From positions 11,470,001 to 11,534,000 of the forward strand of contig JBHGNT010000006.1 of NCBI GenBank assembly GCA_043228905.1: DNA of 64,000 bases, read 5' to 3'. A model generated the notes under the pieces. The model was not told where the DNA came from. It was given only the letters and a program-made list of their open reading frames with translations, and did no database searches. Source of the DNA: Azolla caroliniana (Eukaryota > Plantae > Polypodiophyta). The position numbers were made by a program, and so were the translations under genes. Position 1 is the stretch's first letter, and every line of letters starts with the position of its first letter. Of this stretch, positions 13,537-23,634 are shown in pieces.

Positions 13537-14472
13537 ATAATGGGGGTGAGTTTACATCTGCAGAAAAGAGGTGTCTTGTCCAGGTGAACAATGTGTTCAC
13601 ATATACGAATAATTATCTAATTTGTGAACTACGGGCCTTTACACCTAACATGATCAATGGGTGGATTTCACCCATGCCATGCCTTCCAACGAGTGATAGT
13701 ATGCAATGCTTTTGTGGAACACTAATTAAGAACATGGGCAGCTCACATAACTTCTTCAAGCCAAAAATTGTTTGGCAATGCCTCCCTTTTAATCATACAT
13801 CTTGGCATTTCCATGAGATCTGTTTGCTCTCAGCCACACCATTTTGCTGAGCTATATAAGGCACTATCTACTAATGTTTTAACTCCTGTTCAGCCAGAAA
13901 TGCATTAAACTCAGATAATACATACTCCCCTAGGTGAGGTGGGTTTAAGGTGCATTAGTCTTCATACAGGTGAGTTGGGTTTAGGGTTCACTGCAGCAAG
14001 TATGGCTTTACGAATACCAATGATAAGATACGATGCATTAGTAGTGCATGTAACAGAATTTCTTATAATGGCAGACTCAAGTGAAAAGAAAAAATTACGC
14101 TGCAAGGGAATAAGTTTGGTCTAACCACACCAAAGTACCAAACGTCTGAATCTACTACAGAAATACAATGCTGATGAGAAGAGAAGGGTCATAACTGCAA
14201 ATAGTATTAAACACCCAAACTTCATTCTAAACAAGAAGCGTAAATTCAGTTTTAGAAGTAGAGACTTTTAAAACAACCATTCCAGCCTCTTGCTTTGCCT
14301 CTTTTGCAGCTTAATTTTCCCGGTTTATCCTCAGAAGCCAGCATCCGGAAAACATCACTGTTCTCGGCCATTGCAAATGATCAAATAACCTAATGTGAAA
14401 AAGATTATATTTCAAGAGAGGGTTGAACAGGAATACCTAACAATGTGCTGCTATTCTTCTCGCAGATGACAA

Positions 14473-14548
14473 TATGTATGGCTCAGTGGTAGAGCTAACT
14501 GTCTCCAGACTGGTCACTTGTTTGAACCGAGTTGTATCGTTCTGAGGT
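14473..14548 (+). pseudogene. Degenerate tRNA-like sequence (closest to tRNA-Cys by recall) in a copia leader
   Basis: TGGCTCAGTGGTAGAGC (A-box/D-arm) ... GTCACTTGTTTGAACCGAGTTG (B-box-like T-arm). Confidence 0.55.
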
Positions 14549-15887
14549 GAACACAGAATGTTGAGTGTACTTTGAAACAGCGACCAAAGAATGTTGACGA
14601 CAACCTAAATAAGCCAGTGACCTGCTCTAATGCCAACTTTTGGATTTGTGTCGCACAAGAATCACACAAGTAGTAGAAAAGAGCAGAAAATAGGAGAGAA
14701 TATGTTTCAAAATGAAAAGCACCTTAGTGCCTTAACTGAAAGGGTCATACTTTTTGGGCTTGGGTAAAAAAACTCCTAAAAATGTAAACAAGCCTGAACT
14801 ATCCTAAGTGTGTTCACACATCACTATCACAAAGTATCCACACAGAGATGTCTGTTCTTCTGAAATTTTAGTTCAGCATTTGACAAGTTTGAATATACCA
14901 AATGTATGCTCAAATAACAGGTTTGGATTTATAACTTCAGTTTTTATGGATGATTCAGGTCGGGCATCTGAAGGATCTAACGCAGGTCCAAATAATGGTT
15001 TGACTGAGCCTGCAAATCAACCCATATTCTCTCAAGGAATATGGTTGGTTGCGCCTCTTCTCCCACAAAAAAAGCAGGAACACATTTATGGTATAGCCAA
15101 AGTAAACTTGATTTGCATTACTAGTTCTATGATGAAGAAGAAGTCCAAGAGAGTGGGCTGTGGATGGCAGCTAATCAAGAACAGTTTTATTCAATTTACA
15201 AGGCAGTTATAATGGGAGCTTGTGGGTTTTCCATGAGGTGAGTCTCCTCTCATTGGTTCTATGTAGGCATTTAGTGTTAAAAGCAATTTGAATGGTACAA
15301 TTCATATGTGCATAGCCATGCTTGTTGCAAACTGCTATACTCAACAAAGAAAATTGTTGATACAGCTTCACTATGGTGAGTTTTGCGTAATGAAGTTTAT
15401 GAGAGGAAAACAAAATGCTTTGATTATATAAGGTCAAAAAGGAAAGGTATATAAATTGCAAAAGGCACTTTTACGCTCCCATGAAAGCTTTGAGTTCTTC
15501 ATTTACGGTTAAGAAAGACGAAAATCTCTATTGCTACATCCGCTTGTGACGCACAAATGCAGGGAAGTTTTCACAAAGACAACGGATACAGTATTACTAG
15601 AACGATTATAGGTCGATCTTCAAGATCATCGATGGTCACCTAATCAAGTAATCACAATTATTCAAAGTTAACTATGGTTTTACCAGGCAATCCAGTTTTC
15701 CAAGAATGTACAAGAGCAATCTTCGTACACGAAAAATATGAGAGATTACATGTGCGTGTATGCCAATAACACATTTTCTACTATATGAACGTTTTGAGTT
15801 CCATTACTTCCTGTGCGGAAGGGAAGAGGGAAGGATCAAAGTTGCTTCTTCTTCTCAATAAGAGAGAGAGAGAGAGAGAGGTGTGAC

Positions 15888-15905
15888 CTGGGAGGTAGTT
15901 GCCAT
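15888..15905 (-). CDS. First coding exon (MATTSQ) paralogous to FHIT exon 1, with upstream homology to ~16230
   Basis: ATGGCAACTACCTCCCAG|GT is identical to 56155-56172; 5' UTR and upstream sequence match 56110-56350 and 56822-56927. Confidence 0.7.
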
Positions 15906-16269
15906 GGCTGCTGAAAGCGTCCGTCTGCAAAGAATTTGGCGGAGGCGAAGCGGAAGCGCCGAGGATGAGAGGGAGAATTTGGCAGTGAGCAGAGGCACCA
16001 TTAGCAAGACGCACATAAACACACACGTATACGTATACGTATACACATAAACACCCACGTATACGTATACGTACAAACATGTAATGACAAAAGAGTGTAT
16101 GTATGTATTTAGGTAGGTATACATAGAATAGACGAAAAATAATAATAAATATACAGCTTGGAGAAGAGAAGGAAATGAAATAAGTAACAAAATAAAGATG
16201 ACCATATGATGATGGATGGGAGGAGATAGACATAATTTATAAACACCCAGAGATTCTACATTTTGGAAA

Positions 16270-16929
16270 TGTTCAGAGTGTAAACCACACTTATAGCACT
16301 GTACTCTTATTCAACATCAACTTAATCCTTCTCACATCATGCCTTTGGCATCCTCCTCAAGTGTGGCTATAACATTAATATAAGGAACGAGATGTGATGG
16401 CATGGTCTGTTGCTCCAAAACACCAAGGGAGTGAGTCGTTGTGTGAGCAGAGAGAAATTAGAAAAAATTGTGTGGAAAAATGGAGAGAAAAGTCAAGCTG
16501 CTAAAAGTCCCTTAACTTGTTGTGAGAGATTTGGGACCAATTCTTATTGGTAAGTGACTTTTAGGTCATTTGGGCATGTTCACGCGTGGCCAATGACTAA
16601 AAGTTATAAAGATAATGTAAATGTCTATAACCCCCAAATTGAGGCCAAAAATATAGTAAAAATATGTTTAGAAATTTCTCCAAGAGAGGTTTCACATGGA
16701 AAGGTGAAAATATACAAAAAAAAAAACATCCTTGGGACCTTTATCCCTAATAGTCTCCCACTTAAAAGACCAAGGAGACTCCTTTTAACTAAGTAACTCC
16801 CACCATCTGTATACATAGCTAATGGTGTGCCTTGGGTAGACACTTTGTGGACCTTGACCAAAGTGATTAGGCCATCCTCTGGCACTTCTTTGATGAAGTG
16901 ATATCTCACATCAATATGCTTTGTGTCAA
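16270..16929 (-). mobile_element. Copia 3' end remnant (RNase H C-terminus and probable LTR)
   Basis: TKHIDVRYHFIKE in ORF 16625-16966; LTR boundaries uncertain. Confidence 0.6.
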
Positions 16930-18084
16930 TGTTGATATATTTCCGTAGTGATGTGTGTGAACACACTCAGGACTACAAGGGCATTTTTCCCTCTTGGGGT
17001 TTTTTCCCCCTGCCTATAAATACTCTCATAACCTTAAACTGGGTTAGTTTTGTGATTCAAAACAAGAACCCAACAATGGTATCAAAGCAACTAAGTGACG
17101 TTTGAACAGCAATGCAATGAGTGAACAACAAGGTGACAACTCACATCCGCAATTCGTGTGTGCCATCTGTGGTGGTGTCTTTTTGCTATAGCAAAACGAA
17201 TTTTTGCATGTTTTCTTCCTCTATGTGCAATTTCAGTTGCGTTTTTCTACGTCAAGTCGATTCAATACTACTAAAAACCTCCTTGATTCTTCCACGACCT
17301 TCCAACAACCCTCTTCTGTGCGGTTGCTACATAGAAATCTGATTTGCTTCCTTCTCTCTTCATTGGTTCATCTTCTAAGTCAAAGTGGTACATTATTCCT
17401 TTTTATTCATTCAACAATCCATTTTTTGCATCAAAATGTGTTCAGTCAATGCCATGGTTGAGAGCAATGATGTATTTTGGGTGCCTGCTATTGACAATAA
17501 ATTGGATGGAACAAATTACCCTCTTTGGGATTATATGATATGCCATGTATTAGTAGCAAAAGGGTTGTGGAATGTGGTTCAAGCGGTTGGAAAACGTCAT
17601 GTTGTTGTGAACACTAACGTTGATGGTACTGATTTTGTTGATCATCCTACTCATGCTCATGATGCAGTTTCTATCGTACCAAATGCAAAGCAACTTCACT
17701 AGGATGGCAGAGATGCTCAAGCACATGCTTTGATAGCTTTGTTTGTGAAACGTGCCATTATTCCCCATATTTGCTCTTGCAAGATAGCAAAGCATGCTTG
17801 GGATTCTCTTACCACTTTGTACCAACCAAGAAATGAGGCTCACGTTGCTTATGTCATGAAGTGTCATGATGACAATCACTCATATGTTGTCTCGAAAGAA
17901 TTTGAACCCACAACTTTGTTATACACATGTCAAATCCTTAACCAGTGTAATAATATGTTTATATGTATAGTTTTTAGAATATATAGTTTAATATCATAAG
18001 AATATTCTAGATTACTCTACATTCCAGAATGTCCTAGAATATTCTAGAGTGTTCTATAGACTAGAACCTTCTAGAGTACTCTAT

Positions 18085-18104
18085 ATTCTAGAAACTTCTA
18101 GAAT
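18085..18104 (+). promoter_or_regulatory. Perfect four-unit heat-shock element in LTR U3, upstream of the TATA box at 18119
   Basis: aTTCt-aGAAa-cTTCt-aGAAt; further partial units at 18000-18075. Confidence 0.6.
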
Positions 18105-20154
18105 ACTCTATAGGAACTTATAAATAGGGATCTATTAATCATCCCAAAACCAAATTGGTTCAACACCATTCTATAGCTCCCTATCGCCTACTCTTTGCAA
18201 TCCATCTTATAGTGCAATACAATAATTTCCTTTCAATTCTCTCACTCTGTGTCTTAACACACACACACACTCTCTCTCTCTCTCTCTTTTATCGTAATTA
18301 GCTTATGCTAACAAGCACTACATCTTAGGTTCGAAACACAATTTTCTCACCTCTCTATTATATACTTCATACATATATCTTAATTCACTAGATGCCACTG
18401 TGGAATGTAGGGGTTGAACCCATGACCACCTGGTCTCTATCGGGCAACCTTACTGACTGAGCTACATCCATCTGGGCTCTCTCTCTCTCTTTGTCATGTC
18501 AGTTTGAACCAATTTCCACATTTTGCCCTCTTCCAAAATGTTCTCTTCTTTCTTCTCCTCTCCCCTCGTAAGCTATGGAGCCTGTGAGAAAACAGGAATA
18601 TATGCATGTTCTTTCTGAGCTCAACATGCTTACAAATAAATTTGTGGCATTAGAGCATGAAAATCGAAGGCTACTTGGGGACCTACAACAAGTGAGTACC
18701 AAAAAAGCTCAACAATATGAAGAGTTATTACAAGGGGCTCACCAACTTGAGGCTACTATATTGTCATTACGAGAACGAGTGTCGAGGGCTTTAAACTCCC
18801 ATAGAGAACCAAAGGTTAGCCTCCCTACCAAGTTTGATGGTACAAGGTCTTTATTTTGAGGCTTTTTGAATCAAGTCCATTTGGTTATTCAGTTGCATCC
18901 CAATCAGTACCCAACTAACGTTGCTTGTGTGGGATTAGTGGGAACCGTGCTATGTGGTACGGCATTAGCATGGTTTGCACCACTTCTCGAGAAGAAATCA
19001 CCGTTCCTTGAGGATTTTGAGGCTTTTGTTAAGGAGTTTCATGCTAGTTTCGGAGACACCGACAACACTAGGACAACAATAAACAAGATTTGAAGGCTCC
19101 GACAAGGAGATCGTCCCGTGCCAGCTTACACAACTGATTTCCGTCTCTTAGCATGCAATATCCCTTGGGATGAGGCGGCCTTAATAGATCAATTCCCTTG
19201 GGAAAATCCGAAGTCTCTTACAAAGACCATTAGTCGAGTTGTGCGATGTGATAATTGCCTATTTGAACGACGTTGTTGGGGTTGCTACGCCCTTGCGTGC
19301 AGAAAGGAGGAGGGACCACGGGGGTCTCGGACCGAAGAGCAAGAGAGAGAGGAGTAAGAGAGAGAGACCCGATTACACAGAACCGAAGATTGCACAGGGA
19401 CACGGCCCAACAAACAGAGATCACAAATAAACGCCTACGCAAATGGACGCAACAACGAAAGATATGTACTTATGAATGCAAGAAAATAACAGACTAAAGT
19501 ATTACAACCCACGGTGGGGCACGAAATAGATACTAGCGAAAACGAACAGGGCGGCGAACAGATGCCGACCCCCTGTATGTCGCGACGCACAGAAAGGGAA
19601 AACAGGTCGGAGGAGCTGCAGGACGCACTCGGGGCGTTCCACGGAACAGCGCAAGCCTCCTCCAAACCTGCACAGGTACGCGATGGAGCAGAAGACAGAG
19701 AAAGCGGGAGTGAGAGAGAAGCCCCGAAATCGGTTCGGCAGCACCTCGTCCTCTCCGTGCGAGACCCCTACAACAGCTCTTTCCTCCTCCTTATATAGGC
19801 CGACGAGCAGGCCGTCATGTCAGCTTTATTCCCTGTCCCTTTTGGACAGGGATCCGCTCCGTTCTTCACGCATCCGCGTAGTTACGCCGCCGATTCGTAC
19901 AGTTCGCGCGCGTGATCGAAAAGACTGTTCGCGCGGTCTTTGTCTTTACTCGTGTTAGGGCCCGTTCCTGCCGACCATCCTCCTAATTCGATTCTATGTA
20001 CAACTTGGAGCGTGCGCGCGTGAAGAACCGGTTCCCACGCCTAGGTGCGCCGATTCCGCTTATGGACGGTTTTCTTCACGACATCCGCCCCCACCTAACC
20101 GCGCATCCTCCGGTATGCGCCAAGAGAGTTGGGACGGAGAAAACCGGCCCGTCT

Positions 20155-23100
20155 TCATTCCTCGTTTTCGGATCGTTCGTCACTGCCGACCAGGAGAGCC
20201 GGGTCTGGCTCGTCGTCGTGTCGCTTCTTGAACGCTTTGATCCGCTTCCCTGCAACCGGTATCGCCATTCTCGTGCCGTCGAGTTCCGCCAGGTGATACG
20301 TCCCGTTGTCATTGGCGCTCTGTACCACGTAAGGCCCGAACCACCTTCGTGCAAACTTCCGTGTAGCTCGGTGCTGGTTGTCGAGACTGCTATCGTAGAC
20401 GAGCACCCAGTCACCTTCTTCGATTTTCTTCGGTCGGAGCCGGTGCGTTCGGTCGAACCTGGCTTTGTTCTTCTTCCTCGCCACCCGGAGCTTCTCCGCA
20501 GCCAGTTCCACGTCCTCCGGTCTCCGCTCGAGCTGTCGTATGCGCGCGGCCAACAACTCCTCCCGGCTCATCTCGTCCCTCCAGTCGACCGTTGCCCACG
20601 AGGAGATCGTCCGTTCCATCGGCATGATCGGTTTCTGGCCGAACATGAGCTCCGTCGGCATGTACCCGGTTACCGAACTGTGCGTGGTCCGGTCTGCCCA
20701 CAAAGCATAAGGTAGCAGCCGCGGCCAGTTACCGACTTGGCCTCCGCATGCCCGAACCAGCGCCTTGACTATCGGCCCGTGTCCGCGCTCCACCTTCCCA
20801 TTCGCCTCCGGGTTGTACGCAGTGGTGAGCGAGAGCTTAACTCCGAGCCGGTCGAACAGCTCCGCGGCTTCTTCGGTGTCCAACTCCCCTCGATCAGCCA
20901 CGATCTTCCCGACGCACCCGTACCGGCATATCACGTCCTCGATTAGGAACCGACACACGGCCGCGGTTGTTTTGTTCGGGAGGGCTCGTCCTTCCACCTG
21001 GTTCGTCAGATCCTCCCGTGCTAGGACCAGGTACCGCATCTGTCCTACCCCCATTGGCATCGTCACCAGATCTACCATCCATTTGAAGTGGATGGTCGGA
21101 GGGTACGTGGGGTGAAGCTCGTCCCGATGTCGGACTATGGAGTGCATCTGACAGCTCTCGCAAGTTGTCACGAACCGATGCACGTCCCGGTACTGCCCCG
21201 GCCACCAATACTTCCCCTTCAGTTTCTCAAACGTAGCCCATGTCCCACGGTGTCCAGCCCAAGGGCTGTCGTGGTAGGCCGTTAGCAGCTCCTCCTGTTC
21301 TTCCTTCATCGCCACCACCCGGAGCGGAGCGCCGTCCCTCTTCTTCGGGTGCTTCCACAAATGCCCATCTCGGAGAAAGAATCGATATGCTTTCTTCCGG
21401 ATCCGGTTGGCCTCGTCCTTCGTCCATGACGCATCGGGCGTCATTGTCTTCAAAAACCCGCCGATCTGCAGCCACTCCCCGTCGTACTTGCTCGCGTCGA
21501 ACTCGTTAAGCGCCGGAGTGCTCATCCCGTCGGTCGTTACGTATGCTGCCTCGAAGAAATCCACGCCGACTTCTTCGTCTTCCGAAACCATGCCGTCCTC
21601 GTCGTCGAACCTCGCCCTCGAAAGCATGTCGGCCATGGCGTTGTCTTTCCCGGAAATGTGTCGTATTTCCGGGTCCAGGGACTTGATGTACGCTATCCAC
21701 CTGAGCATCGCCAGGTCCGGAGTCGCGCATCCGGAAACCATACCGAGAATCGGCAGGCAATCCGTCTCGATGATCACTTCTGTCCCTATCAGGTAGTCTT
21801 TGTCGGCCTTAACCGCCGAAACAATACCCCAGAGTTCGCGTTTAACCTGGGCGTATCCTCGCTGCCGTTCACTGAGGACTTTCGCGCCGAATCGGATCGG
21901 AAACCGATCGCCGTCCTCGTCTTCCTGGTTCACGACCCATCCGATCCCGGTCGGACTGGTATCCACCGTTATGAATACCGGGGTACCCTTCCCGTATACC
22001 GCCTTCCGGAGTGCCGGTGCCGCTGCCAGGGCCTCTTTCAGCTTCCGGACCGATTCCGCGTGCTCGTCTAGCCATTCGAACCTTCGCCCCTTTTTCAGCA
22101 ACCCGTACAGTGGCTCCGCGACGTGTGCGTAATGCGGGATCCATATGTGGTAGAACGCGCATGCCCCCAGGAATCTCCGTACTTCCGTGACCGAGCTGCA
22201 GTCGGGCTTCATCGCGGAGATGGCTTCTACCTTTGCCGGAGACGGTTTTCGGCCATATGGTCCGCACAGGTGTCCGACCACCATGATTTCTGACTGCCCG
22301 AAGGCCGACTTCTCCCCGGAGAAGGTGAGTCTCGCATCCTCTAGCCTTTGCAGCACCTTCTCGCAGTCGTCGATGTGCGTCGCCACGAATCGCCGGCATC
22401 CGTCCGGCCCGATCGTCTCGTCCTTTTCTTCCACCGGGCATCCCTTGATCGGGATGTCGTCCAGAAACGGCATGGTGATGTCCGGGATACAGTCCCTCAG
22501 AACCTTGTTCATCGCATTCACCATGTGGGCCACCGAGTTGGTCCCTCCTTGCGGCAGTGTACACATCCGAACTAGGCCGAGGGGAGTTCGCATCGTCGTA
22601 ATGTCTCTGCTCTCCACGGCTAGCTGGAACTGGTCGTACCCTGAGTATAGATCCCCGACCGAGTAAATTGACCTTCCGGCGAAGGCCTCCGCGAACTCGT
22701 CTATGGTCGGTCCGATCCCTGCGTTCCGAATGGTCACTCGATTGACCGGCTGCAGGTCCTGGATGAAGCGCAACGAACCGTTTTTCTTCGGTACGGTAAA
22801 CCATCGATTCGAATATGGGGCGCTCGACGGCTCGAGAATTCCCATATCAACTTTCTGCCTCAGCAGCTCCATCAACTTCGGGATGTGAGCTCTTGGAACC
22901 GGGATTGGCTTGAGATTCCATGGTACATGCGGTACCGTGAATATCACCATCGGCTCCACGATCGTCGGGTCAACGCACCCGATTTCCTCCGGCGAGAATG
23001 CGAAGGCTTTCCCGTGCCTTCCGAGCATTCGCCGAAACCGGTCTTCCTCCGCCGGCAGTAGGAACCCGCCCCCACCGATTTTGAGCTCTCGGAGCGTCTC

Positions 23101-23634
23101 GTCGGTGAAGGTGTGTCCTATGCAGGCCGGATCTCGTAGACTAGGGTCCGATGCAACCCCTTTGATTCTCGACGCGCTGTCCTCCGGTAAGGGTGCCGCG
23201 ACTGGCCTTACCTTCCGGTCCACAGTCTTGTACTTGGTGCTTACGTGGGCCGTCCGAACTGACTCGAGCCCTCGACCGAAGTCCGCGATGACTCCGTACA
23301 TCTCCTCGGAACACACCGGTATCGTCCGGTCTTCGTTAAGGCCTTCTTCGACTACCTTTCCCAGCATTCCCAAGGTGTCGTCGAATGAGACCGCCTCCAC
23401 GGCTCCGTTGATTTCCTCGTCAGGGCCGAGAACTCCGCACGCTCGAAGTCTCCCCTCCGCCTTTGTCTTCTCTCGGCCGCCGATGCCGACTATCGTACAC
23501 GCTCCGCTGTCGGAGAACAAAAATTCCCTACCTATGGTACAAGGTTTCTTTGGTTTTATCGTACAGGTGTGGGGTTTTCCCGGGGTGTCCGGACTGTCGC
23601 GGCCCCACGCCTTGGCAGCCCTCTCTAAAAATCC
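20155..23634 (-). CDS. Gypsy Pol (RT-RNase H-integrase) in the -1 frame relative to gag-pro
   Basis: DLYSGY, LPQG, FLDD, VDTS/RELW/ETDC, H-H-C-C and D-D-E integrase, WFGPY; frame open back to the slippery site at 23628-23634. Confidence 0.93.
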   Translation of the reverse strand, partial: GFLERAAKAWGRDSPDTPGKPHTCTIKPKKPCTIGREFLFSDSGACTIVGIGGREKTKAEGRLRACGVLGPDEEINGAVEAVSFDDTLGMLGKVVEEGLNEDRTIPVCSEEMYGVIADFGRGLESVRTAHVSTKYKTVDRKVRPVAAPLPEDSASRIKGVASDPSLRDPACIGHTFTDETLRELKIGGGGFLLPAEEDRFRRMLGRHGKAFAFSPEEIGCVDPTIVEPMVIFTVPHVPWNLKPIPVPRAHIPKLMELLRQKVDMGILEPSSAPYSNRWFTVPKKNGSLRFIQDLQPVNRVTIRNAGIGPTIDEFAEAFAGRSIYSVGDLYSGYDQFQLAVESRDITTMRTPLGLVRMCTLPQGGTNSVAHMVNAMNKVLRDCIPDITMPFLDDIPIKGCPVEEKDETIGPDGCRRFVATHIDDCEKVLQRLEDARLTFSGEKSAFGQSEIMVVGHLCGPYGRKPSPAKVEAISAMKPDCSSVTEVRRFLGACAFYHIWIPHYAHVAEPLYGLLKKGRRFEWLDEHAESVRKLKEALAAAPALRKAVYGKGTPVFITVDTSPTGIGWVVNQEDEDGDRFPIRFGAKVLSERQRGYAQVKRELWGIVSAVKADKDYLIGTEVIIETDCLPILGMVSGCATPDLAMLRWIAYIKSLDPEIRHISGKDNAMADMLSRARFDDEDGMVSEDEEVGVDFFEAAYVTTDGMSTPALNEFDASKYDGEWLQIGGFLKTMTPDASWTKDEANRIRKKAYRFFLRDGHLWKHPKKRDGAPLRVVAMKEEQEELLTAYHDSPWAGHRGTWATFEKLKGKYWWPGQYRDVHRFVTTCESCQMHSIVRHRDELHPTYPPTIHFKWMVDLVTMPMGVGQMRYLVLAREDLTNQVEGRALPNKTTAAVCRFLIEDVICRYGCVGKIVADRGELDTEEAAELFDRLGVKLSLTTAYNPEANGKVERGHGPIVKALVRACGGQVGNWPRLLPYALWADRTTHSSVTGYMPTELMFGQKPIMPMERTISSWATVDWRDEMSREELLAARIRQLERRPEDVELAAEKLRVARKKNKARFDRTHRLRPKKIEEGDWVLVYDSSLDNQHRATRKFARRWFGPYVVQSANDNGTYHLAELDGTRMAIPVAGKRIKAFKKRHDDEPDPALLVGSDERSENEE

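Larger units (their letters stand above)
6857..13650 (+). mobile_element. Rearranged Ty1/copia: Met-i PBS, gag-protease-integrase pseudo-ORF ~7338-9089, inverted duplicate of integrase at 6857-7178, partial LTR at 13568-13650
   Basis: tggtatcagagc PBS at ~7179; ORFs 7422-7889 and 8077-8991 (WIVDS, LWHKRLGH, LVHSDVC); CCHC knuckle near 8030; integrase resumes at 13542 after the nested insert. Confidence 0.85.
6684..14844 (-). mobile_element. Old, heavily deleted copia related to 3945-6683 (5' LTR ~14638-14844, PBS 14624-14635); host of the nested inserts at 6857-13650
   Basis: LTR similarity (gtgtgttcacacatcactat); PBS tggcattagagc on the minus strand; integrase remnant at 13650-13940 (QQNGVAE); pre-RT remnant at 6684-6856 similar to 4900-5020. 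Confidence 0.65.

Noticed and set aside
15781-16233. Hydrophobic ORFs here and at 56000-56482
   Set aside because: Produced by TA/CA/GA microsatellites in UTR and promoter sequence.
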